Shown: positions 1 through 11,595 of the stretch, piece after piece
Numbering within the stretch: position 1 is the stretch's first letter
Layout: every line of letters starts with the position of its first letter
Origin: a candidate division FCPU426 bacterium
Lineage (GTDB): Bacteria; Oederibacteriota; Muellerivitia; Muellerivitales; Muellerivitaceae
DNA: 64,000 nt
Assembly: GCA_963796105.1 (NCBI GenBank)
Contig: CAWCKJ010000006.1
Coordinates: 1 to 64,000 of the forward strand
Direction: 5' to 3'
The notes under the pieces: model-generated
Told to the model about the DNA's origin: nothing
Databases searched by the model: none
The model's input: the letters and a program-made list of their open reading frames with translations, nothing else
Position numbers and translations under genes: made by a program

Positions 1-517
1 CTTCGACACCAAGGTCGCCGAGGATTTTTACGACATCATCTGTGAGCGTTATGAAAAGGGCTCCTTGATTTTTACCACCAACCGCAGTCTGCGGGAGTGG
101 CCGGAGCTTTTCGGCGACGCCCTCCTAGCCTCGGCTGCCATGGACCGCCTGGTCCACCATGCCACTGCCGTCGTCATTCAGGGCCCTTCCTTTCGGACCC
201 GTTCCATGCGCGAAGAAATGAAAAAAGAACACAGCAGGGAAAAAGAGGCAAAACTATGAGAAACCCATCGTTCGATGCTGTCTTATTCGTGCAATCTTGC
301 GCCTATTGGTTACGGGATTTGCGCGGGACTTCGTATCATCCAATGTTGGGGAAGCAAAACGCATCTTGTGAAAGGAGTTTGATGGGTCTAAATTAATCTA
401 AAAAAGAGGCCCCGCAAGGCAGGGGTCGAAGTCCCCGAAACAGGCACCCCTCGAAGTGCCCAAAAGAGGGGGGGCAAAGTAGGCGGCCAGGGGGGTTAAA
501 GTGGCTGGCCAGTGACA
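1..517 (+). mobile_element. Right-hand part of an IS21-family insertion sequence
   Basis: An IstB C-terminus is followed by two tandem ~22 bp G-rich repeats (GGGGGCAAAGTAGGCGGCCAG ~470-490 and GGGGGTTAAAGTGGCTGGCCAG 491-512) and a terminal TGACA (513-517). Repeated subterminal sites and a CA end are typical of IS21. Confidence 0.85.
2..259 (+). CDS. istB: IS21-family helper ATPase IstB, C-terminal part (runs off the window start)
   Basis: The frame is open from base 2: FDTKVAEDFYDIICERYEKGSLIFTTNRSLREWPELFGDALLASAAMDRLVHHATAVVIQGPSFR. It has the IstB TTN...W...D...DRLxHH...GxSxR motifs. Confidence 0.93.
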   Translation, partial: FDTKVAEDFYDIICERYEKGSLIFTTNRSLREWPELFGDALLASAAMDRLVHHATAVVIQGPSFRTRSMREEMKKEHSREKEAKL

Positions 518-518
518 C

Positions 519-3500
519 GTCTTGGGCATCACGAACAAGGGTTTCGGCCCCCCGCCGGATTCCAACGGTTTTTATTATGACTGGGACGCCACGGTAACCA
601 TGATTGGGTCCAAGGGTTTTCCCGGGGCTTCATATAACGGTACCGGATGGGTGCCTTATTGTTGGTCGGCGACTATCGTCGGGGACGACAACACGAACAA
701 CGCCGTTTATGACTGCCTGTCCCGGACAAACTCCTTCTCTATGGTCAACCCGGCAGTCACGTCCAATTCCATCACCTATGTCATGAATTGCCCCACCAAT
801 ACCTTTACCCCGACTTGGACCTATACTTTCACCTACACTCCTACCGGATCTACTCCTACGCCTACTCACACCTATACTTCCACTTATACCTATACCCCCA
901 CCCCTACGAGAACCCCCACTCCAACCAATACCCCAACCAGGACCCCGACACCCACGCCTACCAACACGCCTACAATTACACCTACCCCCACGCCGACCCC
1001 GACGAGGACGCCTACACCGACGCCAACGATTACTCCCACACCCACCCCAACGAGGACGCCAACTCCGACGCCAACGGTAACTCCAACCCCGACCCCGACA
1101 AGTACACCCACGAGGACCCCCACCCCGACTCCTTCACCCACCCCCACGAACACGCCCACTCCCACGCCGACCATAACTCCCACACCTACGCCGACGAGGA
1201 CGCCAACTCCCACCCCTACGCCTACCCCCTCGCCCACACCCACGACCACGCCCACGAGAACGCCTACCCCCACGCCTTCACCGACCCCCACGAATACCCC
1301 CACCCCGACCCCCACAACTTCGCCTACCCCGACTCCGACCAGGACTCCCACGCCAACCCCCACGAATACCCCGACTCCAACCCCCACGACCACTCCCACC
1401 CCAACTCCAACGAATACGCCCACTCGGACGCCCACTCCGACTCCTTCACCCACCCCGACGACCACGCCTACCCCGACTCCAACCCGGACTCCAACGCCCA
1501 CGCCGACAAATACCCCGACTCCAACCCCCACGACTACTCCCACCCCAACTCCAACGAATACACCTACCAATACGCCGACTAGGACTCCTACTCCCACGCC
1601 GACGACCACGCCTACCCCGACCCCGACGAATACTCCCACCTCGACTCCAACCCGTACGCCCACACCTACGCCTACAACAACCCCGACCCCGACTCCGACG
1701 AACACACCCACGAGAACCCCCACGCCGACCCCGACACCTACGCCTACAACTACCCCTACACCCACCCCGACTAATACGCCAACTGTGACTCCCACTCCGA
1801 CGAATTCGCCGACCGGAACCCAGTCGCCGACTAACACACCGACTAAGACGCTTACCCCCACGCTTACTCCCACGCCAACACCCACACCGACCATCACGCC
1901 AACACCCACGCCGACGAATACCCCGACGAGGACTCCAACACCCACACCGACTCCTACCCCGACCACCACGCCGACCCCGACTCCTACGAATACCCCGACG
2001 AGGACGCCGACTCTGACGCCGACTTCGACCCCCACGACAACGCCCACTTCCACTCCAACGAACACATCCACCTTGACTCCCACGAATACGCCGACCCCGA
2101 CGCCTACCACGACGCCTTCCCCAACCCGGACGAACACACCCACGCAAACCCCGACGCCGACGCTAACGTCGACAGGAACGACCTCACCCAGTCCCACCCC
2201 GACAAACACGCCGACTTCCACGGCGTCTCCCACGCCGACCGCCACACCCACCGTGACGCCTTCGCCCACGCCCACTTCCACCCCTACCCTGACTCCGACG
2301 CCCACTCCGACTTCGACCCCGACGACGACGGCCAGTCCGACGCCGACCAATAGCCCCACCAACACCCCTACCTCGACAGATACACCGACCCCGACAGAAA
2401 CGCCTCAATTTACCTACACGCCCACGGATACTTCGACCCAAACCCCGACGCCGACTGTGACCAACACCCCGACGGATACCTTCACGCCGACACCCACATC
2501 TACGCCAACGAACACTTACACGGCCACGAACACGCCGACAGAGACCCCAACACCCACCATGACGAACACCCCGACGGACACTTTCTCGCCGACGCCCACG
2601 AATACGCCGACGAACACTTACACGGCCACGGACACGCCGACCGAAACCCCGACGCCGACAGTGACCAACACTCCGACCCCCACCAGCACTCCGACGGACA
2701 CGTTTACGGCCACAAACACGCCGACGGAGACCCCAACGCCCACCATGACGAACACTCCAACGGATACATTTTCTCCGACACCTACCAACACTTCGACGAA
2801 CACATCTACGGTCACCAACACGAAAACACCCACCAATACACCCACGCTCACGAACACGCCGACTTCTACATTTACCCCGACGCCGACAGCTACGGCGACC
2901 AACACGCCCACAGCCACGCCGACGCTTACGCCCACTCCCGCGGCGGTATTGGCCTTGCAGAAGCAGGAATCGGAGTCAACGGGTTCCGCCGGGGATCAGG
3001 TGACCTACACCTTGACGCTGAACGTGGCCAACGGCATGGCGGCCGGAATGGCGGTTCAGGATCAACTTCCTCCCAACTGCACTTTCTCGGCGTTTGGGTA
3101 TCTCCCCGTCCGGCACGTCGGCGGTGACGAGCGTAACAGGGGGGGTGACGATGATGAACTGGACTCTGCCAGCGTTGAATCCTGGGAGCTACCAACTGAC
3201 ATACATGGTTTCCATCAACAACTTCACGCAGGCGGGACCGATCGTGAACTGCGCGGTGTTGAGTTATCCAGGAAGCTCGTCTTTAAGTTCCTGCGCGACC
3301 TTGATGGTGACGGGAAGCTACACGGTGAAGATCGGGGTGTATAACGAGGCTGGGGAACTGGTGAAGACGATCCTGGTGACGCAATATTCCCAGCCCTTGG
3401 TGAACCTGCAGCTGCAGAACGGGAACCTGGTCAACGGGTTGAACGATCCGATCCTGATCTACGACTTGAACCATGAAATCGGGGCCTGGGACGGGACGGA

Positions 3501-4203
3501 CCAGAACGGGAACCCGGTGCCCAACGGGGATTACTACATCAAGGTGGACAATATCGATTCCTTCGGGGCGGACAAGAGCGTGGTATTGAACGTGGTGGTG
3601 AGCAGGTCGCTGGAGAAGGTGACGATCGACATCTACAACGAGGCGGGGGAGATCGTGGATACGCTGTACAGCCTGGTGGAGGACCCGCAGGGGACTGCCA
3701 TCACGGGGGTGAAGCTGTCGGGGACGGTCTTGGAGCCCGGGTCACCTACGGACGGGAACTTGGTCATCACGACGAACAACGGGGTAACGGCCACCTGGAC
3801 GGGATATTCATCAAGTGGGGCGGTGGTCCCGAATGGGAAATACTTCATCGAGGTGCACTCAACCGACGGAAAAGGCGGGGAGACGGTGATCGTGACATCG
3901 GTGATGGTGCTGAATAACACGAAACAAGCGGTTCCAAAAGTGTGGGCGTATCCGAACCCCTTAACTGGGGGATTCAGTCAAGTGGAGTTCCAGGCTTCGA
4001 ATCCGGGCATCAACCTAACGGTGAGGATTTATGACTTGGCGGGTGAACTGGTGACGGAACTGAAAGGGGCAGGGGGGACGAGCCGGGTGACTTGGAACGC
4101 CTCTGGTATCTCCAGCGGGCTTTACATCGCCAAGGCCGAGCAGAAGGATCTCACGGGCAAAATCATCGCCAAACAGACAATCAAACTATTGGTGGAAAGA
4201 TAA
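519..4203 (+). pseudogene. Giant Thr/Pro-stalk secreted protein 1, 5'-truncated by IS21, with a +1 frameshift at 3099
   Basis: The frame begins right after the IS end, with no RBS or signal peptide. ORFs 522-3344 and 3094-4203 join if the extra T at 3099 is removed (TTTGGGTATCTCC here, TTTGGGATCTCC in the paralog at ~8151). The tail has a DUF11-like domain and three FlgD-Ig-like units. Confidence 0.85.
993..4197 (+). repeat. 3.2 kb near-identical direct repeat, copy 1 (stalk plus tail of giant gene 1)
   Basis: Matches 6051-9254 at offset 5058 (5057 after the indel). By eye there are about 15-20 substitutions and one indel. Identity stops one codon before the stop codon. Confidence 0.95.
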
Positions 4204-4319
4204 AAAAGAATGTTGTTCCTGCGATGGAGAACAAGAATTTGATGTACTATTCTTAGGTGGAACGAAAAAGCAGCTTTTTGGAATAACAGATGATTGCCAG
4301 TGAGAGTGGTATATAACAA

Positions 4320-7300
4320 ATGAAAGAAAACAAAACGAAATACACTCAAAGAATATTAAATATTTTTACCGTTATTTTTGTGGCCGCTTCCCTGGTTCCG
4401 ACCTTGAACGCCGCTATGGTTACCAAGATTGCGGACAATACTTCTTACTTACCCTGCGCTCCCATCACCTACACCCTTGTGGTGCAACCAGGCGACACAG
4501 CCTCGGACCTAGTCGATTCCTATGCTTTAACCAGCGGATCTGTCCCAACGGGCTGGACCAACGCAGGGACAGCCAGCAGTGGAGCGACCTATGGTTGGAC
4601 CGGAGCTTCCTGGGGAATCCGGGCTGAAACCGGGGGATGCACGGGTCTTAATTACGGGCCATACAACTCAGCGGCGGTAAGCCAATACCCCCAAATCATA
4701 TCCAACGTGTCAGTTGGGCCGAATGTTGAATTTACCTACGAGTCTTGCCTTCCCGATTCAGCTCTCTCCGGTGACGACGACGTCGTTTTTATCCCGCGCT
4801 ACGCCAGCTGTCAGCAGTATTTCATGCTCCGGGCCGACCAATGGCAGTTGAGCGACACCTGCAATGGAACCAGCCGGCTTTTTTACGACACGGTTCAAGG
4901 CAGTTCCTGCACCAACACCTCTTTTACAGACGGGAACAACACCACCACCACCCAGGCGACAGTCCCTTGCATTTCCCGCAACACCTGGTTTTCCTATCGG
5001 GTTCGCATTTGCGGCAACCAGCTTTTGGCGAAAATATGGCAATCGGGCACGGCAGAGCCTGGCTGGCAGTTGACTGTCACGGACGCAAATTTGAATACCT
5101 ATTCTACGGGTGATTTCGGCTTTCAGGCGAACCAGGGTGATATTACTTTTCGGAACCTGAATGTTTACAACATCGCGGCGGAAACCGGCGTAACAGTCAC
5201 GGACCCGCTTCCGAGTTGTTTCACCTACACGAGCGCCACGGCGGGGCAGGGAACCGCGACTTACTCGGGTGGGACTCTCACTTGGAGCGTGGGCAGCCTG
5301 ACCGCCTGCCAGACTCCCGTGACCTTAAAAGTGGTGGAACAGGTTGGGTCCGCTTGCACCGGCAACTATCCTAACACGGCGTCGGTCACTAGTAGTGCCG
5401 GAACTGGGGTGGCAGGCGCGGTGACGGTCGGCGTGGATCCATTCACCATCACGAAATCTATCAACACCATTCCCGCCAGCATCGTGGGAGGGACCGCCGT
5501 AACCGCTGACATCGCGATCTGCAATTCCGGCACGGTTACGCAGCAGTCTGTGACAGTGACCGACGTCGTCACGAATTATCCCCGGTTTGTGGGTTTTAGC
5601 GGGGAAGTCAATGGCGGCAATATGAACGACGCTTCCACTCATACCACAGCAGCGGGAATATCCTATTACGCCCCCTCCGCCAACAATTCTCCCTCAACCA
5701 TCATTTACCTGGGAGTCCCTCCGGGGAAATGCGTAACCTTTGAGACCCGTTACCAGTGGGACAATCCTCCCGCGGCATGTTCAGTGTATACCGATTACGG
5801 GGAATTGGTGTCTGGTTGTCCTTTGACCACCAAAACCTTCGCTATCACCCAGCAATGCATCACCCCAACCTTTACCAATACTTATACCAATACCTACACC
5901 TTTACCCCGACACCCACTCGAACGTCCACCCCTACTCCCACTCTTTCGCCAACACCTACCCGGAGTCCAACCCCCTCGCCCACACCCACGACCACGCCCA
6001 CGAGAACGCCTACCCCCACGCCTTCACCGACTCCGACGAACACCCCCACACCGACCCCGACGAGGACGCCTACACCGACGCCAACGATTACTCCCACACC
6101 CACCCCAACGAGGACGCCAACTCCGACGCCAACGGTAACTCCAACCCCGACCCCGACAAGTACACCCACGAGGACCCCCACCCCGACTCCTTCACCCACC
6201 CCCACGAACACGCCCACTCCCACGCCGACCATAACTCCCACACCTACGCCGACGAGGACGCCAACTCCCACCCCTACGCCTACCCCCTCGCCCACACCCA
6301 CGACCACGCCCACGAGAACGCCTACCCCCACGCCTTCACCGACCCCCACGAATACCCCCACCCCGACCCCCACAACTTCGCCTACCCCGACTCCGACCAG
6401 GACTCCCACGCCAACCCCCACGAATACCCCGACTCCAACCCCCACGACCACTCCCACCCCAACTCCAACGAATACGCCCACTCGGACGCCCACTCCGACT
6501 CCTTCACCCACCCCGACGACCACGCCTACCCCGACTCCGACCCGGACTCCAACGCCCACGCCGACAAATACCCCGACTCCAACCCCCACGACTACTCCCA
6601 CCCCAACTCCAACGAATACACCTACCAATACGCCGACTAGGACTCCTACTCCCACGCCGACGACCACGCCTACCCCGACCCCGACGAATACTCCCACCTC
6701 GACTCCAACCCGTACGCCCACACCTACGCCTACAACAACCCCGACCCCAACACCGACGAACACACCTACGAGAACCCCCACGCCGACCCCGACACCTACG
6801 CCTACAACTACCCCTACACCCACCCCGACTAATACGCCAACTGTGACTCCCACTCCGACGAATTCGCCGACCGGAACCCAGTCGCCGACTAACACACCGA
6901 CTAAGACGCTTACCCCCACGCTTACTCCCACGCCAACACCCACACCGACCATCACGCCAACACCCACGCCGACGAATACCCCGACGAGGACTCCAACACC
7001 CACGCCGACTCCTACCCCGACCACCACGCCGACCCCGACTCCTACGAATACCCCGACGAGGACGCCGACTCTGACGCCGACTTCGACCCCCACGACAACG
7101 CCCACTTCCACTCCAACGAACACATCCACCTTGACTCCCACGAATACGCCGACCCCGACGCCTACCACGACGCCTTCCCCAACCCGGACGAACACACCCA
7201 CGCAAACCCCGACGCCGACACCCACGCCGACAGGAACGACCTCACCCAGTCCCACCCCGACAAACACGCCGACTTCCACGGCGTCTCCCACGCCGACCGC

Positions 7301-9260
7301 CACACCCACCGTGACGCCTTCGCCCACGCCCACTTCCACCCCTACCCTGACTCCGACGCCCACTCCGACTTCGACCCCGACGACGACGGCCAGTCCGACG
7401 CCGACCAATAGCCCCACCAACACCCCTACCTCGACAGATACACCGACCCCGACAGAAACGCCTCAATTTACCTACACGCCCACGGATACTTCGACCCAAA
7501 CCCCGACGCCGACTGTGACCAACACCCCGACGGATACCTTCACGCCGACACCCACATCTACGCCAACGAACACTTACACGGCCACGAACACGCCGACAGA
7601 GACCCCAACACCCACCATGACGAACACCCCGACGGACACTTTCTCGCCGACGCCCACGAATACGCCGACGAACACTTACACGGCCACGGACACGCCGACC
7701 GAAACCCCGACGCCGACAGTGACCAACACTCCGACCCCCACCAGCACTCCGACGGACACGTTTACGGCCACAAACACGCCGACGGAGACCCCAACGCCCA
7801 CCATGACGAACACTCCAACGGATACATTTTCTCCGACACCTACCAACACTTCGACGAACACATCTACGGTCACCAACACGAAAACACCCACCAATACACC
7901 CACGCTCACGAACACGCCGACTTCTACATTTACCCCGACGCCGACAGCTACGGCGACCAACACGCCCACAGCCACGCCGACGCTTACGCCCACTCCCGCG
8001 GCGGTATTGGCCTTGCAGAAGCAGGAATCGGAGTCAACGGGTTCCGCCGGGGATCAGGTGACCTACACCTTGACGCTGAACGTGGCCAACGGCATGGCGG
8101 CCGGAATGGCGGTTCAGGATCAACTTCCTCCCAACTGCACTTTCTCGGCGTTTGGGATCTCCCCGTCCGGCACGTCGGCGGTGACGAGCGTAACAGGGGG
8201 GGTGACGATGATGAACTGGACTCTGCCAGCGTTAAACCCCGGGAGCTACCAACTGACATACATGGTCTCCATCAACAACTTCACGCAGGCGGGACCGATC
8301 GTGAACTGCGCGGTGTTGAGTTATCCAGGAAGCTCGTCTTTAAGTTCCTGCGCGACCTTGATGGTGACGGGAAGCTACACGGTGAAGATCGGGGTGTATA
8401 ACGAGGCTGGGGAACTGGTGAAGACGATCCTGGTGACGCAATATTCCCAGCCCTTGGTGAACCTGCAGCTGCAGAACGGGAACCTGGTCAACGGGTTGAA
8501 CGATCCGATCCTGATCTACGACTTGAACCATGAAATCGGGGCCTGGGACGGGACGGACCAGAACGGGAACCCGGTGCCCAACGGGGATTACTACATCAAG
8601 GTGGACAATATCGATTCCTTCGGGGCGGACAAGAGCGTGGTATTGAACGTGGTGGTGAGCAGGTCGCTGGAGAAGGTGACGATCGACATCTACAACGAGG
8701 CGGGGGAGATCGTGGATACGCTGTACAGCCTGGTGGAGGACCCGCAGGGGACTGCCATCACGGGGGTGAAGCTGTCGGGGACGGTCTTGGAGCCCGGGTC
8801 ACCTACGGACGGGAACTTGGTCATCACGACGAACAACGGGGTAACGGCCACCTGGACGGGATATTCATCAAGTGGGGCGGTGGTCCCGAATGGGAAATAC
8901 TTCATCGAGGTGCACTCAACCGACGGAAAAGGCGGGGAGACGGTGATCGTGACATCGGTGATGGTGCTGAATAATACGAAACAAGCGGTTCCAAAAGTGT
9001 GGGCGTATCCGAACCCCTTAACTGGGGGATTCAGTCAAGTGGAGTTCCAGGCTTCGAATCCGGGCATCAACCTAACGGTGAGGATTTATGACCTGGCGGG
9101 TGAACTGGTGACGGAACTGAAGGGGGCAGGGGGGACGAGCCGGGTGACTTGGAACGCCTCTGGTATCTCCAGCGGGCTTTACATCGCCAAGGCCGAGCAG
9201 AAGGATCTCACGGGAAAAATCATCGCCAAACAGACAATCAAACTATTGGTGGAACATTAA
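4320..9260 (+). CDS. Giant Thr/Pro-stalk secreted protein 2 (1646 aa): signal peptide, DUF11-like domain with inserted lectin-like domain, Cys neck, stalk, DUF11 plus 3x FlgD-Ig/T9SS-CTD-like tail
   Basis: Signal peptide ends ...VPTLNA. DUF11 motifs are ITYTLVV and VTVTDPLP. The stalk spans ~5860-7997. Tail motifs are [11 protein letters not shown]...WDGTDQNG...NGDYYIKV and AYPNP...IYDLAGELV...SGLYI. Confidence 0.9.
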   Translation: MKENKTKYTQRILNIFTVIFVAASLVPTLNAAMVTKIADNTSYLPCAPITYTLVVQPGDTASDLVDSYALTSGSVPTGWTNAGTASSGATYGWTGASWGIRAETGGCTGLNYGPYNSAAVSQYPQIISNVSVGPNVEFTYESCLPDSALSGDDDVVFIPRYASCQQYFMLRADQWQLSDTCNGTSRLFYDTVQGSSCTNTSFTDGNNTTTTQATVPCISRNTWFSYRVRICGNQLLAKIWQSGTAEPGWQLTVTDANLNTYSTGDFGFQANQGDITFRNLNVYNIAAETGVTVTDPLPSCFTYTSATAGQGTATYSGGTLTWSVGSLTACQTPVTLKVVEQVGSACTGNYPNTASVTSSAGTGVAGAVTVGVDPFTITKSINTIPASIVGGTAVTADIAICNSGTVTQQSVTVTDVVTNYPRFVGFSGEVNGGNMNDASTHTTAAGISYYAPSANNSPSTIIYLGVPPGKCVTFETRYQWDNPPAACSVYTDYGELVSGCPLTTKTFAITQQCITPTFTNTYTNTYTFTPTPTRTSTPTPTLSPTPTRSPTPSPTPTTTPTRTPTPTPSPTPTNTPTPTPTRTPTPTPTITPTPTPTRTPTPTPTVTPTPTPTSTPTRTPTPTPSPTPTNTPTPTPTITPTPTPTRTPTPTPTPTPSPTPTTTPTRTPTPTPSPTPTNTPTPTPTTSPTPTPTRTPTPTPTNTPTPTPTTTPTPTPTNTPTRTPTPTPSPTPTTTPTPTPTRTPTPTPTNTPTPTPTTTPTPTPTNTPTNTPTRTPTPTPTTTPTPTPTNTPTSTPTRTPTPTPTTTPTPTPTNTPTRTPTPTPTPTPTTTPTPTPTNTPTVTPTPTNSPTGTQSPTNTPTKTLTPTLTPTPTPTPTITPTPTPTNTPTRTPTPTPTPTPTTTPTPTPTNTPTRTPTLTPTSTPTTTPTSTPTNTSTLTPTNTPTPTPTTTPSPTRTNTPTQTPTPTPTPTGTTSPSPTPTNTPTSTASPTPTATPTVTPSPTPTSTPTLTPTPTPTSTPTTTASPTPTNSPTNTPTSTDTPTPTETPQFTYTPTDTSTQTPTPTVTNTPTDTFTPTPTSTPTNTYTATNTPTETPTPTMTNTPTDTFSPTPTNTPTNTYTATDTPTETPTPTVTNTPTPTSTPTDTFTATNTPTETPTPTMTNTPTDTFSPTPTNTSTNTSTVTNTKTPTNTPTLTNTPTSTFTPTPTATATNTPTATPTLTPTPAAVLALQKQESESTGSAGDQVTYTLTLNVANGMAAGMAVQDQLPPNCTFSAFGISPSGTSAVTSVTGGVTMMNWTLPALNPGSYQLTYMVSINNFTQAGPIVNCAVLSYPGSSSLSSCATLMVTGSYTVKIGVYNEAGELVKTILVTQYSQPLVNLQLQNGNLVNGLNDPILIYDLNHEIGAWDGTDQNGNPVPNGDYYIKVDNIDSFGADKSVVLNVVVSRSLEKVTIDIYNEAGEIVDTLYSLVEDPQGTAITGVKLSGTVLEPGSPTDGNLVITTNNGVTATWTGYSSSGAVVPNGKYFIEVHSTDGKGGETVIVTSVMVLNNTKQAVPKVWAYPNPLTGGFSQVEFQASNPGINLTVRIYDLAGELVTELKGAGGTSRVTWNASGISSGLYIAKAEQKDLTGKIIAKQTIKLLVEH
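6051..9254 (+). repeat. 3.2 kb near-identical direct repeat, copy 2 (stalk plus tail of giant gene 2)
   Basis: See 993-4197. Confidence 0.95.
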
Positions 9261-9613
9261 TTAGATGAAGCGCTTTAGGTATTTTTTTATTAGAAGTTAT
9301 AAAAGATAAGTTTATTTCATTGATTTTAACCTTTCTTTCCCGCTCGCATCAAAGATCGCCACTCCCGTACGTTTGTGGCCATAAATCGAAATGGCCAGGC
9401 AACCATGACAAATTCCAGATCGATGTATTTGGGAATCCTATCTTGAAATACCACTAATATTCGGTAAATGCAGGATTCCCTCTGCGGTTCCGGCGGCCAT
9501 TTGCGAAAAATTTTAAAAAGGCTGGTTCGATAGCCATGAACTGTCACGGCATTATTTGAAGACAAACGCACCAGTTATAGCGGAAAACTCATCCACCCGA
9601 AAACTAAATAATA

Positions 9614-10599
9614 TATGCTTATGCACAAAGTGACCGTGCTGTAATGGGTTTTGCTAAGGCACATGCGGTCAAAGCACGGTGAAATAAGGAATCGGGATCA
9701 TGACGACGGTTGAACCGATAGGCATATTCACTTAGATACCGGCCTAAATACTTAGCATCAACGCCATGATGAGTTCCAATGATCCAGGCCTTGGCGTTGG
9801 AAATGAACCGGTGTACCCAGGGCAACCAACTTTCCAACTCTTTCGGGTCATTGGCCATCACCCGGTAGTCTGCCTCCACTCCTTTGAGTTCACGCAAGGC
9901 TGGCGAAGCATCTGTGTTGAGGAAAGAGCCTTTTTCCATAGTCTGATTCACGAATTCCTGGCTCTCCCACTTGGTTTCCATAGCTACCTTCACCTTGGCA
10001 AAACCCGCTTTTTCCTTCTTGCAACCATTCTCATCCACCCATTCCTTGCTTTCCACCGCCACCAAGACTTCCACTTGGTTTTCCTTGGCCTTTTTCCCAA
10101 AAACCGCCCCATCCAACTCAATGACGCCCTTTAGAGTATAGCTTTCGTCCTTTTGCCTAAGACCTTCCCGGATCTTATGCAATAGAAGCCATGCCGAATG
10201 ATCCGAAAGATTTAAATGCCGCTTCAGTTCCAGGGCCGAAATACCCCGTTTGCCCTGCATCATCAAACTGATGGCCCTGACCCAGGTTAAAAGAGGCAGC
10301 TTGGAGCTTTCAAAAATCGTCCCGGCGCGAAGCCGAAGACGTTTCCGGCAATAGTCACATTCCCTCACTTCAGGCTTGGCCTGGTGTTGCCAGAAGCTTT
10401 CGCCCTCACATTGGGGACAAACAAAGTCTTTCCCGCCGAAACGGCATCTCCACACCCATTGGCGGGCTTCTTCTTCCGTGTGGATTTTCCTCAGAATTTT
10501 AATGCTTTTCATCCGCTGGTAGCTCATGTACCACCTCCCGTAGCGGACAGTATACCTATGTATTCCTTTATTTCAAGGGTCACTTAATACAGAAGCATG
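9614..10599 (-). mobile_element. IS1595-family element A (986 bp)
   Basis: 22 bp imperfect terminal inverted repeats: TATGCTTATGCACAAAGTGACC (9614-9635) against the reverse complement of 10578-10599, CATGCTTCTGTATTAAGTGACC. It is flanked by AAATAATA at 9606-9613 and 10600-10607. Confidence 0.9.
9619..10527 (-). CDS. IS1595-family DDE transposase (302 aa)
   Basis: N-terminal CPQC...CDYC zinc ribbon, GTIFESSKLPL, IELDG, NTD, and the C-terminal YLSEYAYRFNRR signature. Confidence 0.95.
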   Translation of the reverse strand: MSYQRMKSIKILRKIHTEEEARQWVWRCRFGGKDFVCPQCEGESFWQHQAKPEVRECDYCRKRLRLRAGTIFESSKLPLLTWVRAISLMMQGKRGISALELKRHLNLSDHSAWLLLHKIREGLRQKDESYTLKGVIELDGAVFGKKAKENQVEVLVAVESKEWVDENGCKKEKAGFAKVKVAMETKWESQEFVNQTMEKGSFLNTDASPALRELKGVEADYRVMANDPKELESWLPWVHRFISNAKAWIIGTHHGVDAKYLGRYLSEYAYRFNRRHDPDSLFHRALTACALAKPITARSLCA

Positions 10600-10607
10600 A
10601 AATAATA

Positions 10608-11595
10608 AATGCCTCTCCAAACGGTACCTGTTGAAATAAAGGAATACAGGAGTATACTCATTGTTGGAGGGGCAAATTATGAACTACCAACGGATGAAGG
10701 GGATTGAGATTTTCAAGGAAATCGATACAGAAGAAAAGGCACGTCAATGGGTGTGGAAGAGCCGTTTTGCCGGAAAAGACTTTGTTTGCCCACAATGTGA
10801 AGGAGAAAGTTTCTGGCAACACAAAAACCGCCCCGAAGTGCGGGAATGTGACTATTGTCGAAAGCAAATACGGCTTCGAGCCGGAACGATCTTCCGGAAA
10901 TCCAAGATCCCAATCTTAACCTGGTTGAGGATGATTGGATTGGTGATGCAAGGGAAAAGGGGCATTTCAGCCCTGGAACTTCAGCGGCAATTGGGAATGC
11001 CCTCCTACGATACCGTTTGGAGGATGTTGCATAAGATTCGGGAAAGTCTTCGACAAAGGGATGAAAATTACCAACTCAAGGAAATCATTGAGTTGGATGG
11101 GGCTGTATTCGGCAAGAGAGAAAAGGAAAACCAGGCTGAAGTGCTGGTGGCGGTTGAAAGCAAAGAATGGATAGATGAGAAAGGGCGCAAAAAAGAGAAA
11201 GCGGGTTTTGCAAAGATAAAGGTGACCGCAGAAACCAAGTGGGAAGCCCAAGCATTCGTCGATCAAGCAATCCAGAAAGGCGCCATGATAAACACGGATG
11301 CCAGTCCCAGCTTGAGAAACTTGGAAAACGTGGATGTGGAGTACCAGGTAACAGCCAATGACCCAGTGGTGTTAAATCACTGGTTACCTTGGGTCCACCG
11401 ATTCATTTCCAACGCCAAGGCTTGGATCCTAGGAACCCATCATGGAGTCAACGTGAAATATCTGCCTGGATACTTGAGCGAATATACTTATCGGTTCAAT
11501 CGTCGCCATGACCCAGATTCCTTATTTCACCGGGCCTTAACCGCTTGCGCTTTGGCAAAACCCATTACTGCGCAAGCGTTGTTCGGATAGGCATG
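10608..11595 (+). mobile_element. IS1595-family element B (988 bp)
   Basis: Terminal inverted repeats AATGCCTCTCCAAAC (10608-10622) and the reverse complement of 11581-11595, CATGCCTATCCGAAC. It is flanked by AAATAATA at 10600-10607 and 11596-11603. Confidence 0.9.
10679..11590 (+). CDS. IS1595-family DDE transposase (diverged paralog of element A)
   Basis: Same motifs as element A (CPQC, CDYC, IELDG, NTD, YLSEYTYRFNRR). ATG 10679 follows a GGAGG RBS and aligns with the start of the element A protein. Confidence 0.95.
   Translation: MNYQRMKGIEIFKEIDTEEKARQWVWKSRFAGKDFVCPQCEGESFWQHKNRPEVRECDYCRKQIRLRAGTIFRKSKIPILTWLRMIGLVMQGKRGISALELQRQLGMPSYDTVWRMLHKIRESLRQRDENYQLKEIIELDGAVFGKREKENQAEVLVAVESKEWIDEKGRKKEKAGFAKIKVTAETKWEAQAFVDQAIQKGAMINTDASPSLRNLENVDVEYQVTANDPVVLNHWLPWVHRFISNAKAWILGTHHGVNVKYLPGYLSEYTYRFNRRHDPDSLFHRALTACALAKPITAQALFG

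Noticed and set aside
993..9254. Diversity-generating retroelement template/variable repeat pair
   Set aside because: The differences are not adenine-specific and are mostly synonymous, the repeat is far too long, and no reverse transcriptase is present in the window.
9326..9571. 81 aa minus-strand ORF downstream of IS A
   Set aside because: No recognisable motif. It overlaps the likely 5' end of the interrupted plus-strand gene.
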